Shown here: positions 13,557 through 30,285 of the stretch, piece after piece
How the letters are laid out: each line of letters opens with the position of its first letter
How positions within the stretch are numbered: the first letter of the stretch is position 1
DNA from: the human T2T-CHM13v2.0 reference genome, Homo sapiens
Assembly: GCF_009914755.1 (NCBI RefSeq)
Contig: NC_060931.1
Strand: one strand, 5' to 3'
Length of the DNA stretch: 64,000 nt
The notes under the pieces: generated by a model
What the model saw: the letters and a program-made list of their open reading frames with translations, nothing else
What the model was told of the DNA's origin: nothing
The model's database searches: none
Position numbers and translations under genes: made by a program

Positions 13557-16500
13557 TTAAGGCAGAAGAGACTTGAACATATTTCTATGTTGAGGAGAGT
13601 TAGTGAGAAGGAAGGCTCAAAAGGAAAATCTGTGAATACTAAAACCATGGTTGGAGGAGAGTTTCTCAGAGGGTGTAGGTTTCTGTGATTTTTGCCTGTG
13701 ATATCTGGAAGAAGATTATTTTGTTACTGTATTTTATTTTCATCCATGCACTTTGGTTATGTATATTATTTCCTGAATTATTGACCTTATCTTTCTCCAG
13801 CAAACTTCCTACCCCAGACCAGTCCAATTGCTAAGGATCTGGAGAAACTATGTTACATTTCATTGCCAGTAAAAATATTTGAGTATCATAAAGACAACAG
13901 ATTGCTCTTTCTGTGTTTACTTTACAACATACCTTGTAAACAGAGCCTGAGAGAAAAGTGAACATTTACTCATTGACATTATAAGCACACTCCAGAAATA
14001 CTATACATAAATTTAAAATGGCTAAATTAAAAATGTATGGGATAATAATGTTGAAATCCATGCTTCTGGTTTTGAAACTTTAATTGTTTGTTCATTTAAA
14101 GGACATTGGTAGTATTCAGCAGGGGATGTTAAATCCCTATAAAAAGAATAAGTAGTCAGCCAGTGTTTGCAGTTTGTCACTGTCTAAACCCCTCAGCGAC
14201 ACAGAGACTTGCTGAAAGAGTTTATATTTGATAGAACACTGTAAAGAGGGAAAAGTTCGGAGTAATATTTTTTTTAGAAAAGATTATTTCTGTTTTTAAC
14301 AACGTGATCACAAACAATAAAGGGAAGGGTTTTTTTCATTACAAATCCTTTCTCAATGGAGTTATCAAAAATACACAGGCAATAATTTTAAAAATCATGA
14401 AATTGAAAGTATTTTTACTGGGACTTCTTTTAAAATTTATCTTGAAAAGCAATTACATGGTCATGTAAAATATTCAAAAGGTGCAAAATGAAATAGAACG
14501 AAAAGTAAGTCTCTCGATCTCTGCTCCCCAGTCACCAAATTATCACTGTGGAAGCAATCATGTTATTAATTAATTTCCTGTAGGTCTTTCTGGACACATT
14601 TTTTGAATTTATAAACTTGTATATTTGTATAGCTTCACATCCATCAGTAGAAGACTATATACATTGTCATTCACTTTTTTTTTCTGTATGACTCTTGAAT
14701 ATAGGAAGTAAAAGAAAGATAATATTGGACATCCTTAGCAGTGGAGCATTGGCCCAGAAGTCACTAGTGAGACTTCTGTATCCCTTTCCTTTCCACCTAT
14801 TAATGTGCACAGAGGTTTTTAGTTTGTACTTGGGGATGAGGGAAGAGAAAGGAGCAATTTTGGTGGTAGAGTCTGTGGTTTTGGGGAGCTAAGGATGGGA
14901 GTGTTTCTGGCTTTTAGTGTGGGTTGGACTGCCCAAGCTCCAAAAAGTGGCAGTCAGAAAAATAGTGGCACTGTTTTTTAGGAGGGATTTGGCAGATTCA
15001 TGGGAAGTAAGAGATGGCCAAAAGTTAATTTTTGGAAAAGAAGAGCCATTTCAGAGTCCTGGTGACCAAATGCAACACACAATTGGAGAGAAGGTTATTT
15101 CCTCCACCTCTCTTTGGAACCCAGCAATGATCTGGCACTCCTCAAATCTGTAGGCAGAAAATGTGGAAAATTATAAGCCAGAGTAGGAAAGGAAGGAAAA
15201 AGCAGATACCATGAAGTTACAGACTGGGCTGTGGGTTGTGTGCGGCACCCTTTTGGAGAACTCCTTAAAATATCTTGGGGACACTTGGAGATGCGCTAAT
15301 TGCTAGTCATCAAAAGAGTTGAAGCTCTTGCCATCATAATTTGGGCATAAAAGTAGACTGCAACTTTATTTTATATTTCCAATCTGGTGAAGCCTAGAAA
15401 AATTGGGTTGTATGCAGAAATGGAAAATACTAAAGATAGAAGATTCGCAATACCTTGTAACAGGATGATGAAATGGAATGGAAGTTTAGGTTGCAAAACA
15501 ATAGATATTTATTCCAAGTTAAAGTCCTGGACCAGGATTTACAAAGTAAGAGGAACTACTAGATCATTCTTAAACTCCTTATTCTTATCAAGAATATAAA
15601 AGGGTAAAGAAGGAGATTGACATATTACTTCTTAGGAAGATTTCTTTAGAGAGCTGTACTAAGAATCCATGCCCCCTACAAGGGCAAGTTCTGCAGGATA
15701 TCTGCCCCACACCTTAAGCCAAACCTTTAACTGGACTGCCTAGAAAGTCTGATATGTATTTAGCAAGGTTGAAGGACACAATGGACTCTTATCTGAGTCT
15801 CCCCTAAGAAATCTCAAGGGTAAAAGATTGGCTGGGTAGCTGCAACAGACAAGCTGAAGGACAGTGGTTGTTAGATCCCCCAGCACTCCTAGGGTTCACT
15901 GGGGGTTAAGAACAGGTGAATGTTTCCTATGGATGAGATGTGGGACACGGAGGAGAAAGTATGATCCTGGAGTCATACTACGTTCTTTCCAAAAGGGCTG
16001 CAGAGAGAAGTAGGAGACATTACTACCTTGCTAGGGGCTAAGGAAGGCATGAGCAACCAGATAGCATAGAGATACCCAGGTCCAGAGAATTTCAGGTGGA
16101 TGTTTTCAAGCAATTGGGTAGATTTGTAAAATAACTCACTGAAGTGTCACTCAGTAGAATCAGCTTTAAGTAACAGCCGAGCCCAGGTAGTGCTGCTGCT
16201 CTATGACCAAAGAATCCTTGCTCTCCTTCGCTCTCCCATTCTCTCCAGCTCTTGCCTGGAAGTGTCAGAAAATGGATGAAGGCTTGGAGAAAAGAATGAA
16301 TGGAGAGGAGGACAAAAAGCATTGGATCAGAAGAGAGAAGCTGACCATACTCCAAGGGTGGGGACATGACTGCATGGAAGAAGCAAAACTATTTAGCAAT
16401 ACAACTGTAGTGACCAAACATTTTCATTTTCTTCCAGGGGCAGGGAATGAAATACCTCTACTAAGTACATAAGGGCAGTGTTGTAAGATCTCATCCCATG

Positions 16501-16800
16501 ATTTATGTTTGTGCCAGGTAGCAATTACCTGTAGGCATGAGGGAAAGACAAAATAGGAGAAATTCTTTATTCCTCCAGCATTTTCCCTTCTGAACTCCCA
16601 GAGGTTCTTCAATTTTTACTTCATTTTAGTGGATTTCTTTCTTGAAAGGCACTAACACTTCCCTGTCAGGCTTTCTGTATCATTTCTTTTTCTTTTATTG
16701 TCCCAGGTTTTCTTTATTACCCTGGGCCACTGCTCTAACCAGTAGTTCTGCTTTTCTCAGTCTGATTTTCTCACTGTCCCTGCAGTGGCAGTAGTAGTAG

Positions 16801-18973
<2,173 letters not shown>

Positions 18974-20235
18974 TTTGTTGTCATATTGGTATTTTCTTTC
19001 CCTTAAAAAAGTACAGATTTTTATGTGGGAACAGCCTAAGGACATTTCCCTCTAGCCCTTGTGGCCACATGAGAGCCAGAGTCCCTGCTCTCTGACTGCC
19101 AGTGACAGGCCAAAACCTCACAATTCATTGGAGTTCACTGGCTGCTCATTGAATAGAGAATACCCGTGGTGGATTGCTCCCAACAGCAATCATGGTGGGT
19201 TGCTAATTTAAATCAAGCCATCAGTGTGGCAGATTTTAAAGCTCCAGATTATAAACACTTGCAGAGTTATAAACTCCAAACCACTGGCCCTGGAGTCAGA
19301 GATCAAGCTTCAACTTCTGTCTCCACTGTAAGGTGCATTTGTGCAGACTGGAGACAATTTCTTTACAAAGGAGCCAATAGATGCCTCCCATATATTAAGT
19401 AAGGTACTAGGCCCAACATGTTTTGCAATATGGTAGTGTTACAGAAGCCTTGGCTAAATATTAAGAATTATTATTGTAATTCTGGCTTCTTTTAATCCCA
19501 CATTTACCTGTTTCTCATGTTTCTAGGCTCTTAGTTACTTCTTCCTCTTCTTCCTTTTCCTTTCTCTTTCTTACTTCTATTTGGGGAGGAGGAGTCAATG
19601 GCCTTTTCATTTACATAGGTTTTTCTTTCTAGGCCAGAGACTTCATTTTAATCATCTGTATAGACAGTTTAAATGACCTGCAAATAATAACCTAGAAAAC
19701 TTTTCCCCTGCCATACCCAGGATTAATTTTCCTTCCTATCTAACTTAATGCTAAAGCTATAAAATGGGAAAGAACATGGTTGAGTGACAGAATATTGGAT
19801 TAATAGAATTCCTTAAAGCTTCAAATCCCTCATTTCACACACAGCAATGTTTCTCATTTTGTCTTACTTTTTGTTGGTTCATTTCTGAGTGCATGGGGAT
19901 GTTTAAAAACTACTTCTTTATGTGATAGTTGCTTTGGACAGTCACTTCTAAGCCTCGATTGACACTGGAATAGTCTGTATATTACCATCTTGAAGACATG
20001 CAGCACTAGAATTTCTTTGGATCCTGGGAAGATTCAACTTCTCTCTTGACTTTTCTCTCCTCTCATAGATAGTTTATCATTTCATATAGATTCGACATTT
20101 CTCTTGATTCCCAAATGTGCATATTATTTTGGGTTTCACTACCTAGTAACAGGTGGAGGATGAAAAAATAGCATCTGGATGGATTTTTGCTGTTGTAGAT
20201 TTGGTGGATAGAAGGAAGAAGTTGAACCATACAAA

Positions 20236-20831
20236 TGTAAACCAAAAATAAAATTTTAAGGTCCTTCAACCATCTGAATAGATCCCTCCTCTTGGCCAAA
20301 GGCATTCTAAAGTTAACCTGAAAAAACTAGCTCAAGCCATGATGGGAAAGAGGACTTGGACATGCCTCATTATATCCTCCTCCCCTTTGGAAGTACTAAT
20401 AGACCAGCCTCTTTAAGTCTGATAAGAAACATTTATAATCTATTATCTTTGAAGCCTGCTACCTGTAGGCTTCATCTGCTGTATAAGACATTGGTCTTCA
20501 CAATCCCTTATTGTAAGCCAGACATTCCTTTCTATTGATAATAACTCTTTCAGCCAATTGCCAATCAGAAAATTTAAAAATCTACCTGTGACCCAGAAGC
20601 CACCCCCTGGTCCCCCACCCCACTTCGAGTTGTCCTACCTTTATGGAGTGAACCAATGTACATGATACATGTATTGATTGGTGTCTCATGTCTCCCTAAA
20701 ATGTATAAAACCCCAACCACCTTGGGCACAGATCAGGACTTTGTGAGTCTGTGTTACAGGCATATCCTTAACCTTGGCAAAATAAACTTTCCAAATTGTT
20801 TAAGGCCTATCTCAGATACTTTTGGTTTACA
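20236..20831 (+). mobile_element. MER4-family solo LTR (MER4B/D/E-like)
   Basis: 12-bp terminal inverted repeat TGTAAACCAAAA...TTTTGGTTTACA, plus CCAAT boxes, TATAAAA and AATAAA. Confidence 0.88.
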
Positions 20832-21718
20832 TACCTTAAGAGGATTCAGCAACAGATATTATCTCAGAGGTGCAAGCAAGTACATAGCTCATCGACCTTC
20901 CTGAATGCAAATTGGTTTCTACAATCATTTTGTCAGGTATTTTACTCCATGGTGTTAAAGTAGAATTTCCCATAAAACAAAAATAGAACTGCTAGTATTT
21001 ATAAGCACTTTGAAATAATAATAACTTACATATTTTGTAAGGGAATAGGAATATATACAAGGAGGTAAGGGAATCATGTTGTTTGAATTGATGGATGAAT
21101 GTAAATATTTTATCACTTTGATGGGTAGATATCAGACAGAGAAATTGTAGATAGATGGAGCAATCTCTATAATGTTTTCTGCATTAACTCAAGGGTGCTG
21201 TGCCTCCTTTAGCCTATGGTTTCAGTTTAAATTCTATGTTTGGAAGAAAATAGTGAATATAGCAAATGCAAATTAAATTGATAATGATAAGCATTAAAAA
21301 ACCCCTCTCATCCTCAGTATGTTATTCAATAATCAGATAGTCTTGCATTAACCGACTTGAAGTTTTTGCAACTATTTCTCATCTGCCAAACTAGTCACAG
21401 CAAGAAAACTCATCAACATTCAAGGATTGGATTCCTGTCCCTTGTATTGCATCTTCCCACTATCTAATTCAAAAATTCAAGTTGAATCTTCTTACTGTTT
21501 AGTTAAAGTCTGTTTAGTCAAGCTGGCATGTGAAAAAGTGAAGATTTCTATGGTGTTTTGAAAACTGGATTTATGGTAAAATCATTTGTTTTATTTACTC
21601 AATCCCCAGAAAAGAAAGTCTAGAAAAAATTCCCTCTGTAGCAGTAGAATTTACTCAAGTTATAAAGCAGTGAGATTAATTATAAGGACATCAGTCCATA
21701 GGTTCATTATCACAAGGT

Positions 21719-21858
21719 TAGTTAATTAATTAATCAATTAGTTAATTGAATTAATTAACTATTTCCTCTCATAGTGAATTTTTTCCTCTCATAGATAATT
21801 TATCATTTCATATAGGCATTTTTTCCTCTCATAGATAGTTTATCATTTCATATAGGCA
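21719..21858. repeat. AT hairpin plus 40-bp tandem duplication
   Basis: Inverted repeat at 21719-21761. Units TTTTCCTCTCATAGATA(A/G)TTTATCATTTCATATAGGCA at 21781 and 21821, with a partial copy at 21761. Confidence 0.9.
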
Positions 21859-22939
21859 AATACAATGTTCTATAACAAATATTCTACCAAAATAAAATTT
21901 TTAATAAAGAAGCTTTGAGGTAGCACAACCTTAAGTTTAAGAGGTAAATCATATGAACAAAACTAAAATGCTTTTGTAGTTAGAAAAATTTTGATGGCTT
22001 CTTTGTTACAAACACAAAGCAAGGCAAGGTCAAGTTCAAGGCTCGACTCATTGGCTGGGTAAAGATACAAGGAGCCACTCTTAGATTTAGACAGTTTGTA
22101 ACTTACATAAACAGTGAAGAGGAGAGTATGCCAAAATTGCCAGCTCCCTGTGATCCTTGTTTTACACACCAGAAAACCAAAAACAAACAATAAAACCCCA
22201 ACACCACCCAAATCAAAGGGGCTGGATGGCTGCACTGTGAGTCGTGAGGCACCCATAGTTGAGGAGCCAATTCTAGACCACAGAGAAGTGGCCTTATATT
22301 CTGCAGCTTCATTCTGAGACGGTGGAACAGAAGGCCCCATACTTCCTCCAAGTCTAGGAGTTGATGAGAAACTCTTGTCATTAGAGTCTCCCAGAGGAGA
22401 TAGGGAGGTGAGTAGGAGGTGGCTTCAGACCCTCCATCCTCTCTTATTACATGAGGATCACAAGGTGTTCTGCCCAGACACAGGTAAGCTGCAGTTCAAG
22501 TGTTCATCTAGATGGATGTGTACAAGACTGCCAGGGTGTCATGGCAAAGTTATCTCCTTGCATCCTTCTTCATAAACAAGCTACATAGAAACTCTGTTCA
22601 GGATGACATGATATTCCAGTTTAATAAATTTTAATAAAACTGGAATTTAGACCTGCCTCCGGGTGCTTTTTATGTTGTTTATAACTTTATGGTAACTAAT
22701 ATATAAATATTGCCTCTTTTTTATCCTTACTACAGCTTCGTGACCAGCTTAGTACTTTGAATTCTCATATTTCAAGTTTTCTCATTAACTATCATTATGT
22801 TTGTGATCTATGCTTTTTAAAATTTTTAACCAAGTTTGAATTACAGTAAAAATAAGCTTGTAGTATTTATTTCCACACATGCTACCCCAGGTCAGACTTC
22901 TCACTAGGGATATTCAAATGAGAAACAGAGTTAAAAACA

Positions 22940-22978
<39 letters not shown>

Positions 22979-22980
22979 AT
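22940..22980. repeat. (TAAA)10 microsatellite
   Basis: Seen directly. Confidence 0.95.
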
Positions 22981-23479
22981 GTAAAACCAAGTTTCAAGTT
23001 TCAATATCATCAGTGGTTTACAGAATCAAGCCAATCTTTTCTTTCCCTCTGGAAATTATTTGATCCAAATCTTGATACAATGAGATAATTAACTGGTAGA
23101 CTAATTTACATTTGAAGGTGTTGACCCTATCTTTTGGGCACAGGACAACTTAACAAAAGAAGAATGTGTATTCCTTAGCTGGTCAGAGATGTAGTAACCA
23201 GTATTAAGGGGGCATTTTTCAACAACTACCATAATTTAGCCAAGGACATGCTAGAATACCATATTCCTTGTGTTATATTTTTTAAAACGTTGACAGTCGT
23301 TTTAATGCTTTTTTAGAGGCAATATTTCTGATAGATATTGAGATCGCAATGCTTTTCTAATGTTAATTTGTTACTTTCCTTTGCTAAAATGTATACAATT
23401 CTGAAAGAAAACACATTTTGGATAGCTATTATTATGACACATTTGATCAAACATATAATGGCACCTGCCTGTGGGCTCC

Positions 23480-23899
23480 TGTCTTAGTTGGCTTGGGCTG
23501 CCAAAGTAAATACCGAAGACTGGGTGGCACGAACAACAGAAGTTTATTTTCTCACAATTCTAAAGTCCTAGATCAGGGTGCCAACACCATCTGTTTCTGG
23601 CGAGGGCTCTCTTCATTGCTGGTAGATGGCAGCCATCTCACTGTGTGTTCATGTGACTTCTTTATGGAGGGAGAAAGGGAGAGAGAGTGAGCAAGCTTTC
23701 TAGTGTCTCTCCTCACAAGGGCTGAGCAAGCTTTCTAGTGTCTCTCCTCATAAGGGCACAAATCTCATCATAGGGCCCCACCCTCATGACCTCATGGAAA
23801 CCTAAGCACCTCCCAAAGGCCCCATATCTAAATACCATCACATTGGGGTTAGGGCTTTAATGTATAAATGTGGGGGACACAAGCATTCAGTTCATAACA
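23480..23899 (-). mobile_element. MLT1A-type MaLR solo LTR
   Basis: TGTCTTAGT...CATTCAGTTCATAACA. TSD GCTCC/GCCCC. Internal 35-bp duplication. Confidence 0.88.
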
Positions 23900-24825
23900 G
23901 CCCCATATCTCACTTTGATATAACTGCCAGAACTCCGTTTTTAATGAGGTAGAGTGAGGAGAGCCAAACTAATTATACTTCACATTTAGAAAGCTTGGAG
24001 CAGAAAAATTTCCCCTAAATAATTTCCCCAAAATATGTATCTGTGTTTTTTGCTCGTTATTTCTCATTTTCAATTAAAACTTTTAATTTTGTGAAAATGT
24101 AGGAACGTGTACACGGTTTATAAACTCAAATATTGCATTTTTTAAAAACAGTGCCTTGCTTGACCCTTTCACCCTGACTCTGCTGTCTAATGAAGCACAC
24201 AGACTCATCAGCAATTTTTTGAGGTATTTACTTGTTTTTCTAAATTATATTATTATACTGCCATGTTTTAGTTTTATAGTGCTAGATATTTTATATATTA
24301 TTTCATATTAATGCTTCTCAAGATGAAAGTCTAGTTTCTTCACTTTCTTTGTCTACTCGTTATTCATACTGATTACTCATTATTATAAATTGTAAGCATT
24401 AATTCCTGCTAATCCTAGAGTGTATCATGATTATATATCCTTTCTTAAAAACACTTTTGTTTTTTTCCTCATGTTAGCGATTGCCTCATTTTTCATTTAT
24501 TTATTTTTCTATGTCCCTTTCTCTGTATTCCTTTCATAAAGTGTCTATGAATCAATAAAATCTAATCCTATTTTCACATAATCAAACCAACAGATGACAT
24601 ATCTATTCCATGTTTTTCCTGGAAACTTCTGACCATATTCTCATTCTACCCTGGACACAGCTTTTCTTTGGGTCAGCTGCATGACTATTGCTCTAGAATT
24701 TCTCTTCAGTTCTTTCCCTTCAACTCTTTCTTGAATTGGATATGCTAAATTCTGAATTCTGTCTTCTTTTACTTTCTTTTTCTTTTATTTTTTTCATTTT
24801 AGTGACACACATCCTCCAATTGCTT

Positions 24826-25146
<321 letters not shown>

Positions 25147-25454
25147 TAAAAAAAGAGAAATTTTGAGAATTTGGATGACAAATAATGTCTTTATTCTTAT
25201 CCCTGACTCTTGGTCATATATGGTGTTGCTCCATTATTTTCAAGCTTCCAGAATTGTCATTGAGAAATCCAAACACATTTTTATATGTGACTCCTGATTT
25301 TTACTTTTTTAATCCCCTTTGCAGGATATTAAGTTATTTTCTTTATTCCTGATATTGCAGTTACATGACAATGTGCTTGTAAGGATATCCTTCTTTTTTT
25401 TTTTACTTTATCGGAACTTCAGAGAGCCTCTTCAGTCTAGAAACTGATAGCATT

Positions 25455-26340
25455 CAGGGTTCATTCAGGTTCTCTGAGAGGTAGATGTCAGATAAGATTA
25501 GATATTCAAGAAACTTATTAGGGGATGAAAAGGAAGAAGCAGGAATGAGCGGGACAAGACTTTAGACTGTTCACCTATAAACAGAAAAGAAGAGTGGCAA
25601 AAGAAAAGAATTGATTAGGAAAAGTCAGACTGTGGTACAGTTCTGAGAACATTTTGTCCAGATTGCTAGGGAGTCCTCAAGCCAAAGTTGCCCATTTGAG
25701 GTGTCCTGCATCCCGTGGCTAGCAGGAAAACATACGTCATGCTCAGTCATTGGCAGTGAGAGCCCAGGGGAAGCATGGTGGGAGATGCAGAGGTGCAGCA
25801 TCTGGGCTGTCAGTCAACTATGCTTGCTGCAACAGATTTTCTTTAAGGAGATCTGAGTCGATATTTCCTTGGCTGCTGCAGTCCACATCTTGTTCTACTG
25901 GGAAATACCTCTCCACACAGCTTTGGAAAACAGGTCCCCCATGTTTCCCATGGGCCTGTTTCTGACAGGAAATTCAGAAGAGGGAAGTTAGTGAGATGTA
26001 CTAAACGATCTATTGATGCAGTTTGTTTCAGAGCAGTAACTGGTTTCATCTCTCTCATCCCCTAACCATTCTAAATCTCCTCCCTGCTACCCTGAGCTAT
26101 CACCTCAGCAGATCTGAGAAACTTACCTGGTGGTGTGACCAAAAGCTTTATTTGAGTCTTTCATAATTATACTCTTCTCAGATTAGGGTTACTGCACATG
26201 TCCATTCAAAATTGCAATAGAGAAGGCAAGTATCAGGAGGTAACCCAAGGGTTCCAGGAGTATCTCCCCTGCTCCTATTATTTAAAAAAAATCCCATACC
26301 TCCTGTAAATGAGTCAATACTCCTCCCAGAAAGGCAAACC
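25455..26340 (-). mobile_element. LTR16-type LTR plus adjacent ERVL internal remnant
   Basis: CAGGTTCTCTGAGAGGTAGATG...GCTCAGTCATTGGC...GGGCTGTCAGTCAAC LTR16-like text, followed by internal-like sequence. Confidence 0.55.
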
Positions 26341-28562
26341 TTGAGTTAGGGAGAATTACCACTCTATGAATAGTTAGTTTAAAAATATGTATAACTTTAG
26401 GATATTTGAAAACTATTGACTGATTAACAAAGAAAGAAGGAAACTATTTCTCTTTAATGTGAATTGGGGTAGAGATAGGGATAAAATCTATTATTTGAAG
26501 TATTCTACCTGGTGACAAACCCAAGACCCAGAAGAAGGAGAGCCTTCATATTTAAAGATAGAGTTAGAGCCACTGAAGGGATGAAAAGAGTCCTTTGGTC
26601 TAAGCTCTTTTCCTAGGTAGGTCAGCAGTGAAATTATCCCAGGCTAATGCGTTTTCTTGTTATTTTTGAACTCTTTTTAGAAATTCAGTAATCCCTTCCT
26701 ACATTTTTACACTATATAATTACCTGTAGAAGGAAAAAAGAAACTTTACACTGTAGTAGTTACTAACATTTTGTATTTGTAAAATCCATGGTAAATATAG
26801 TCAGCAGGTGATGGCTAGGCATATTTGCTGAAGACCATGGAAACTGAAAAATTGTTAATTGTTAAATATTGTAAGTTCCCTGGCCCACATAGTTAATTCT
26901 GCATTCAACCATCAGTGTCCATATCACCCAATGAGAAGTACTGCTCTAGGACAGATATCCCTAAAGTCTCTTGTAAATAACAGTAGCCTTCAGAGAATGA
27001 GTGGAATATATGATCCAAAGGGCCGATTCTGTGAATTTGAACTTCAGGAAACCACAGTAAACTATCTGGCAATTAAGCATACCCCATTGATAAAACCTGA
27101 ATCCCAGACCAGCCTTGGACCTTTGCTTTAGGATTGGCAAAATGGCTCATGAAGCCAGAGTGGTTTTGTTCTAGGGCCTTGGTTCCCACCTACTGCCTCC
27201 TTCTATAATCCCCCTTGAATGGAGGTAATATCAGAAATGCCACTTCCTCTCCATGCATTAGAAAGCAATTGAGTTCATGGTGTTTATCCTGTGTCTTCTG
27301 AAACCAAGCTTTTCCCATTCTAAGACTTTCAAACAAAATTCAAAACAGTACTCTTGGAGCAGAATTTCAAGGGAGGCCCCTAAAAAGCCCGCCAACTCCA
27401 TGGTTTTCAGTAAAAGGAACTCCTGCTCTAGTCTTTTGAAACCTGGTTCAAGTAAAATACCATTCTCGTACCAGAGTTTGAATCACATTTCCTCTATCCG
27501 CACAGCTTCTATAGTCTTGCCAGAAAGAGCATTTACCCCTCTACTTCCTGATTTAAAAAAAAAAAAAAAAGAAGGTCTGGCTGGCCTATTTTTAATATGC
27601 TAATTATCTCCATCTGTAAGTGCTTCCTAGCCTCTTTAGCTTTTCTTGGCCCAACCTCAAATCCCAACATCTTTTCCAAGACAAAAAAAAAAAAATGGTA
27701 TCCGCCTTACTTACGGCCAGAAGCCAAGGTGCATAAAGAGAGAACTGAACCCTTCCATAACTAAATATAAGTATGAATGCAAATTAGCAATCAGAATTTA
27801 GCACCAAATATTTTTAAAGCTAGTAAATGTTACATGAACTTGTTTCTTTTCACTTTGTTCCTATGAAGAATAGTGCCCCAAGATACTTCAGTCATGGAGA
27901 TTCTTTCATACACTTCCCCAGAGAGATGAGAAAATCAGTATTAGCCCATTTAAGTGAAGCAGCAGATGCCATCATATTAAATTTCCAAGCTTTCTATGGA
28001 CCATGACTATTTTGTCCTCAGACCACATGTTTAGCTGTAAAAATTACATGAGCTACCACATGAAACCTCATACTGTGTGATGAAGGAAATAATAACATTT
28101 TTGAAAAATAAACTACATTTTCAAAATGATATGTTTTCTTTGGCTCGTAGGAATTTGTTTTTAAAATTGAGAGGAGACAGATTAAAGCAAAGCTCCACCA
28201 TTTTTAGTAGAAACACTATTTCATGCTTTCTGTTTGTGCAGGAAGTGGATAAACTAAGATCAAAATCGGTACAATTTTCTGACAGATGTGAGGACAATCA
28301 TTTCATTTTTGACATTTCATAGGGAACAAACTTTTTTTCTTAAAAATATTTTAGAAATCAGAGAAGTACATTATTTTATTGTGTTTAAACTGTTAGAAAA
28401 TCTTCCAAAGTCCGCAAAACTTGTAAATTTTACCATACCTTATCATTATTACTCTTTCCACCATATACTGGTTTTGTCAGTTAGCCAGAAAAAGAATTTT
28501 TAGGGGTAGATGCTATTGGTTAAAAGAAAAGAGCAGAGCAAAATAAAAAACAGTGTCTATGG

Positions 28563-29237
28563 TGACAAAGGTGACCTCGTTGACCAGTCGTTAGCCATCT
28601 TCTCAACTAGGTCTTGACCTTGACTTAGTCTTAGCAAGAATCCTGATAAGTCAGTTAAGAAACAGTCCCCTACCCTTGATATATATCAGATTGCTCATCC
28701 CTGACCATTGACATCTAAGTCGTTACCCTACCTTTAATAAGAATCCTGCTAAGAGTAAGCCGGTTGAATATCAATGCCTCTGTCCTTCACTTCTCCTCTT
28801 AGTAATTTTACATCTACTTACCCCCTCACTCTGGCTATAAATTTTCAGCTCTTTGCTGCACTTAGATTTGAGCTCAGTATCTCTCTCCTATTGCAATAGT
28901 CTTAAATAAAGTGTTTCTTATCATTTTAACAAGTATCAGAATAACATATCTTTTTTTTTTTTTCTTCGAGGCAGAGTTTTGCTCTTGTAGCTTGGGCTGG
29001 AGTATAGTGGCATGGCCTTGGCTCACTGCAACCTCCATCTCCTGGATTCAAATGATTCTCCTGCCTCAGCCTCTGGAGTAGCTGGGATTACAGGTGCCTA
29101 CCACTATGCCTGGCTAGTTTTTTGTATTTTTAGTGGAGACGGGGTTTCACCATGTTGGCCAGGCTGGTCTCGAACTCCTGACCTTAGGTGATCCATGCAT
29201 CTCGGCCTCCCCAAGTGAGAATAACGTATCTTTAACA
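28563..29237 (+). mobile_element. MER31 solo LTR, split near its 3' end by an Alu
   Basis: TGACAAAG...CTTCTCAACTAGG...TTAGCAAGAATCCTG...CTATAAA...AATAAA...TTTAACA. Confidence 0.8.
28951..29217 (-). mobile_element. 5'-truncated AluS
   Basis: Lacks about the first 34 nt. TSD AGAATAAC(A/G)TATC at 28938-28950 and 29218-29230. Confidence 0.93.
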
Positions 29238-29946
29238 AGAGATATGAATGATTTATGACTTGGTAAAGTCAGTAGCTTCTCCAAAGTTCACTAGTAGCCC
29301 TTAAAACAAAGAGACTTGAAGGCTCAGTACTTCTCAAGTTTCCCAATAAACTACAGCCCTGAAGTGGCTCACAACAAATATGATATTGGTTGAGGCCTCG
29401 TGTTTTACCTCAATAATTTGTGCAAATTTTGTATCTCATTTACTTATAATATTTTAAGGTTTGCTTTAACACAAAAATAAGGCTTTAAACTATTAAATAT
29501 AAAGTAAATCCACCATTTTTTTGGTCTTAGAGAGCTCTCTGGCACACTACCACCTAAAACAATTTGAATAGCATGGCATGAGATACATGCTAGGTTACTA
29601 TAGAAAATGATATAAAACCACATTCTACACCTACTCTCCTTAAAGTTACTCACTTTCAATTGCATAAGCAATACATGAATATATACTTATTGTGCAAACT
29701 CATAGTATAGGAATATATAAAGTTAGTTGCTCTTTACTTCATTCTTTTTCCCAGAGATAATCACTGTAAACAATTTGATGAATATCTTTTCATATATTTT
29801 AAATTAATTATATACATATACATCATTTATTTTCTAGTGTAAATAGTGATTGAACACTACTTGCTAATATGAATCATTTTCATACTAAAAATCTTTTTGA
29901 AAGAACAGTCTGTTGTGATAAAGTGTCTTTCTAAAATCTAGACTGA

Positions 29947-30285
<339 letters not shown>

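Noticed and set aside
13283-13688. HT/CV-rich ORFs
   Set aside because: They are translations of the TG repeat.
14690-16430. Purine-rich stretch that may be an old LTR/ERV remnant
   Set aside because: I could not assign a family, ends or TSD by eye.
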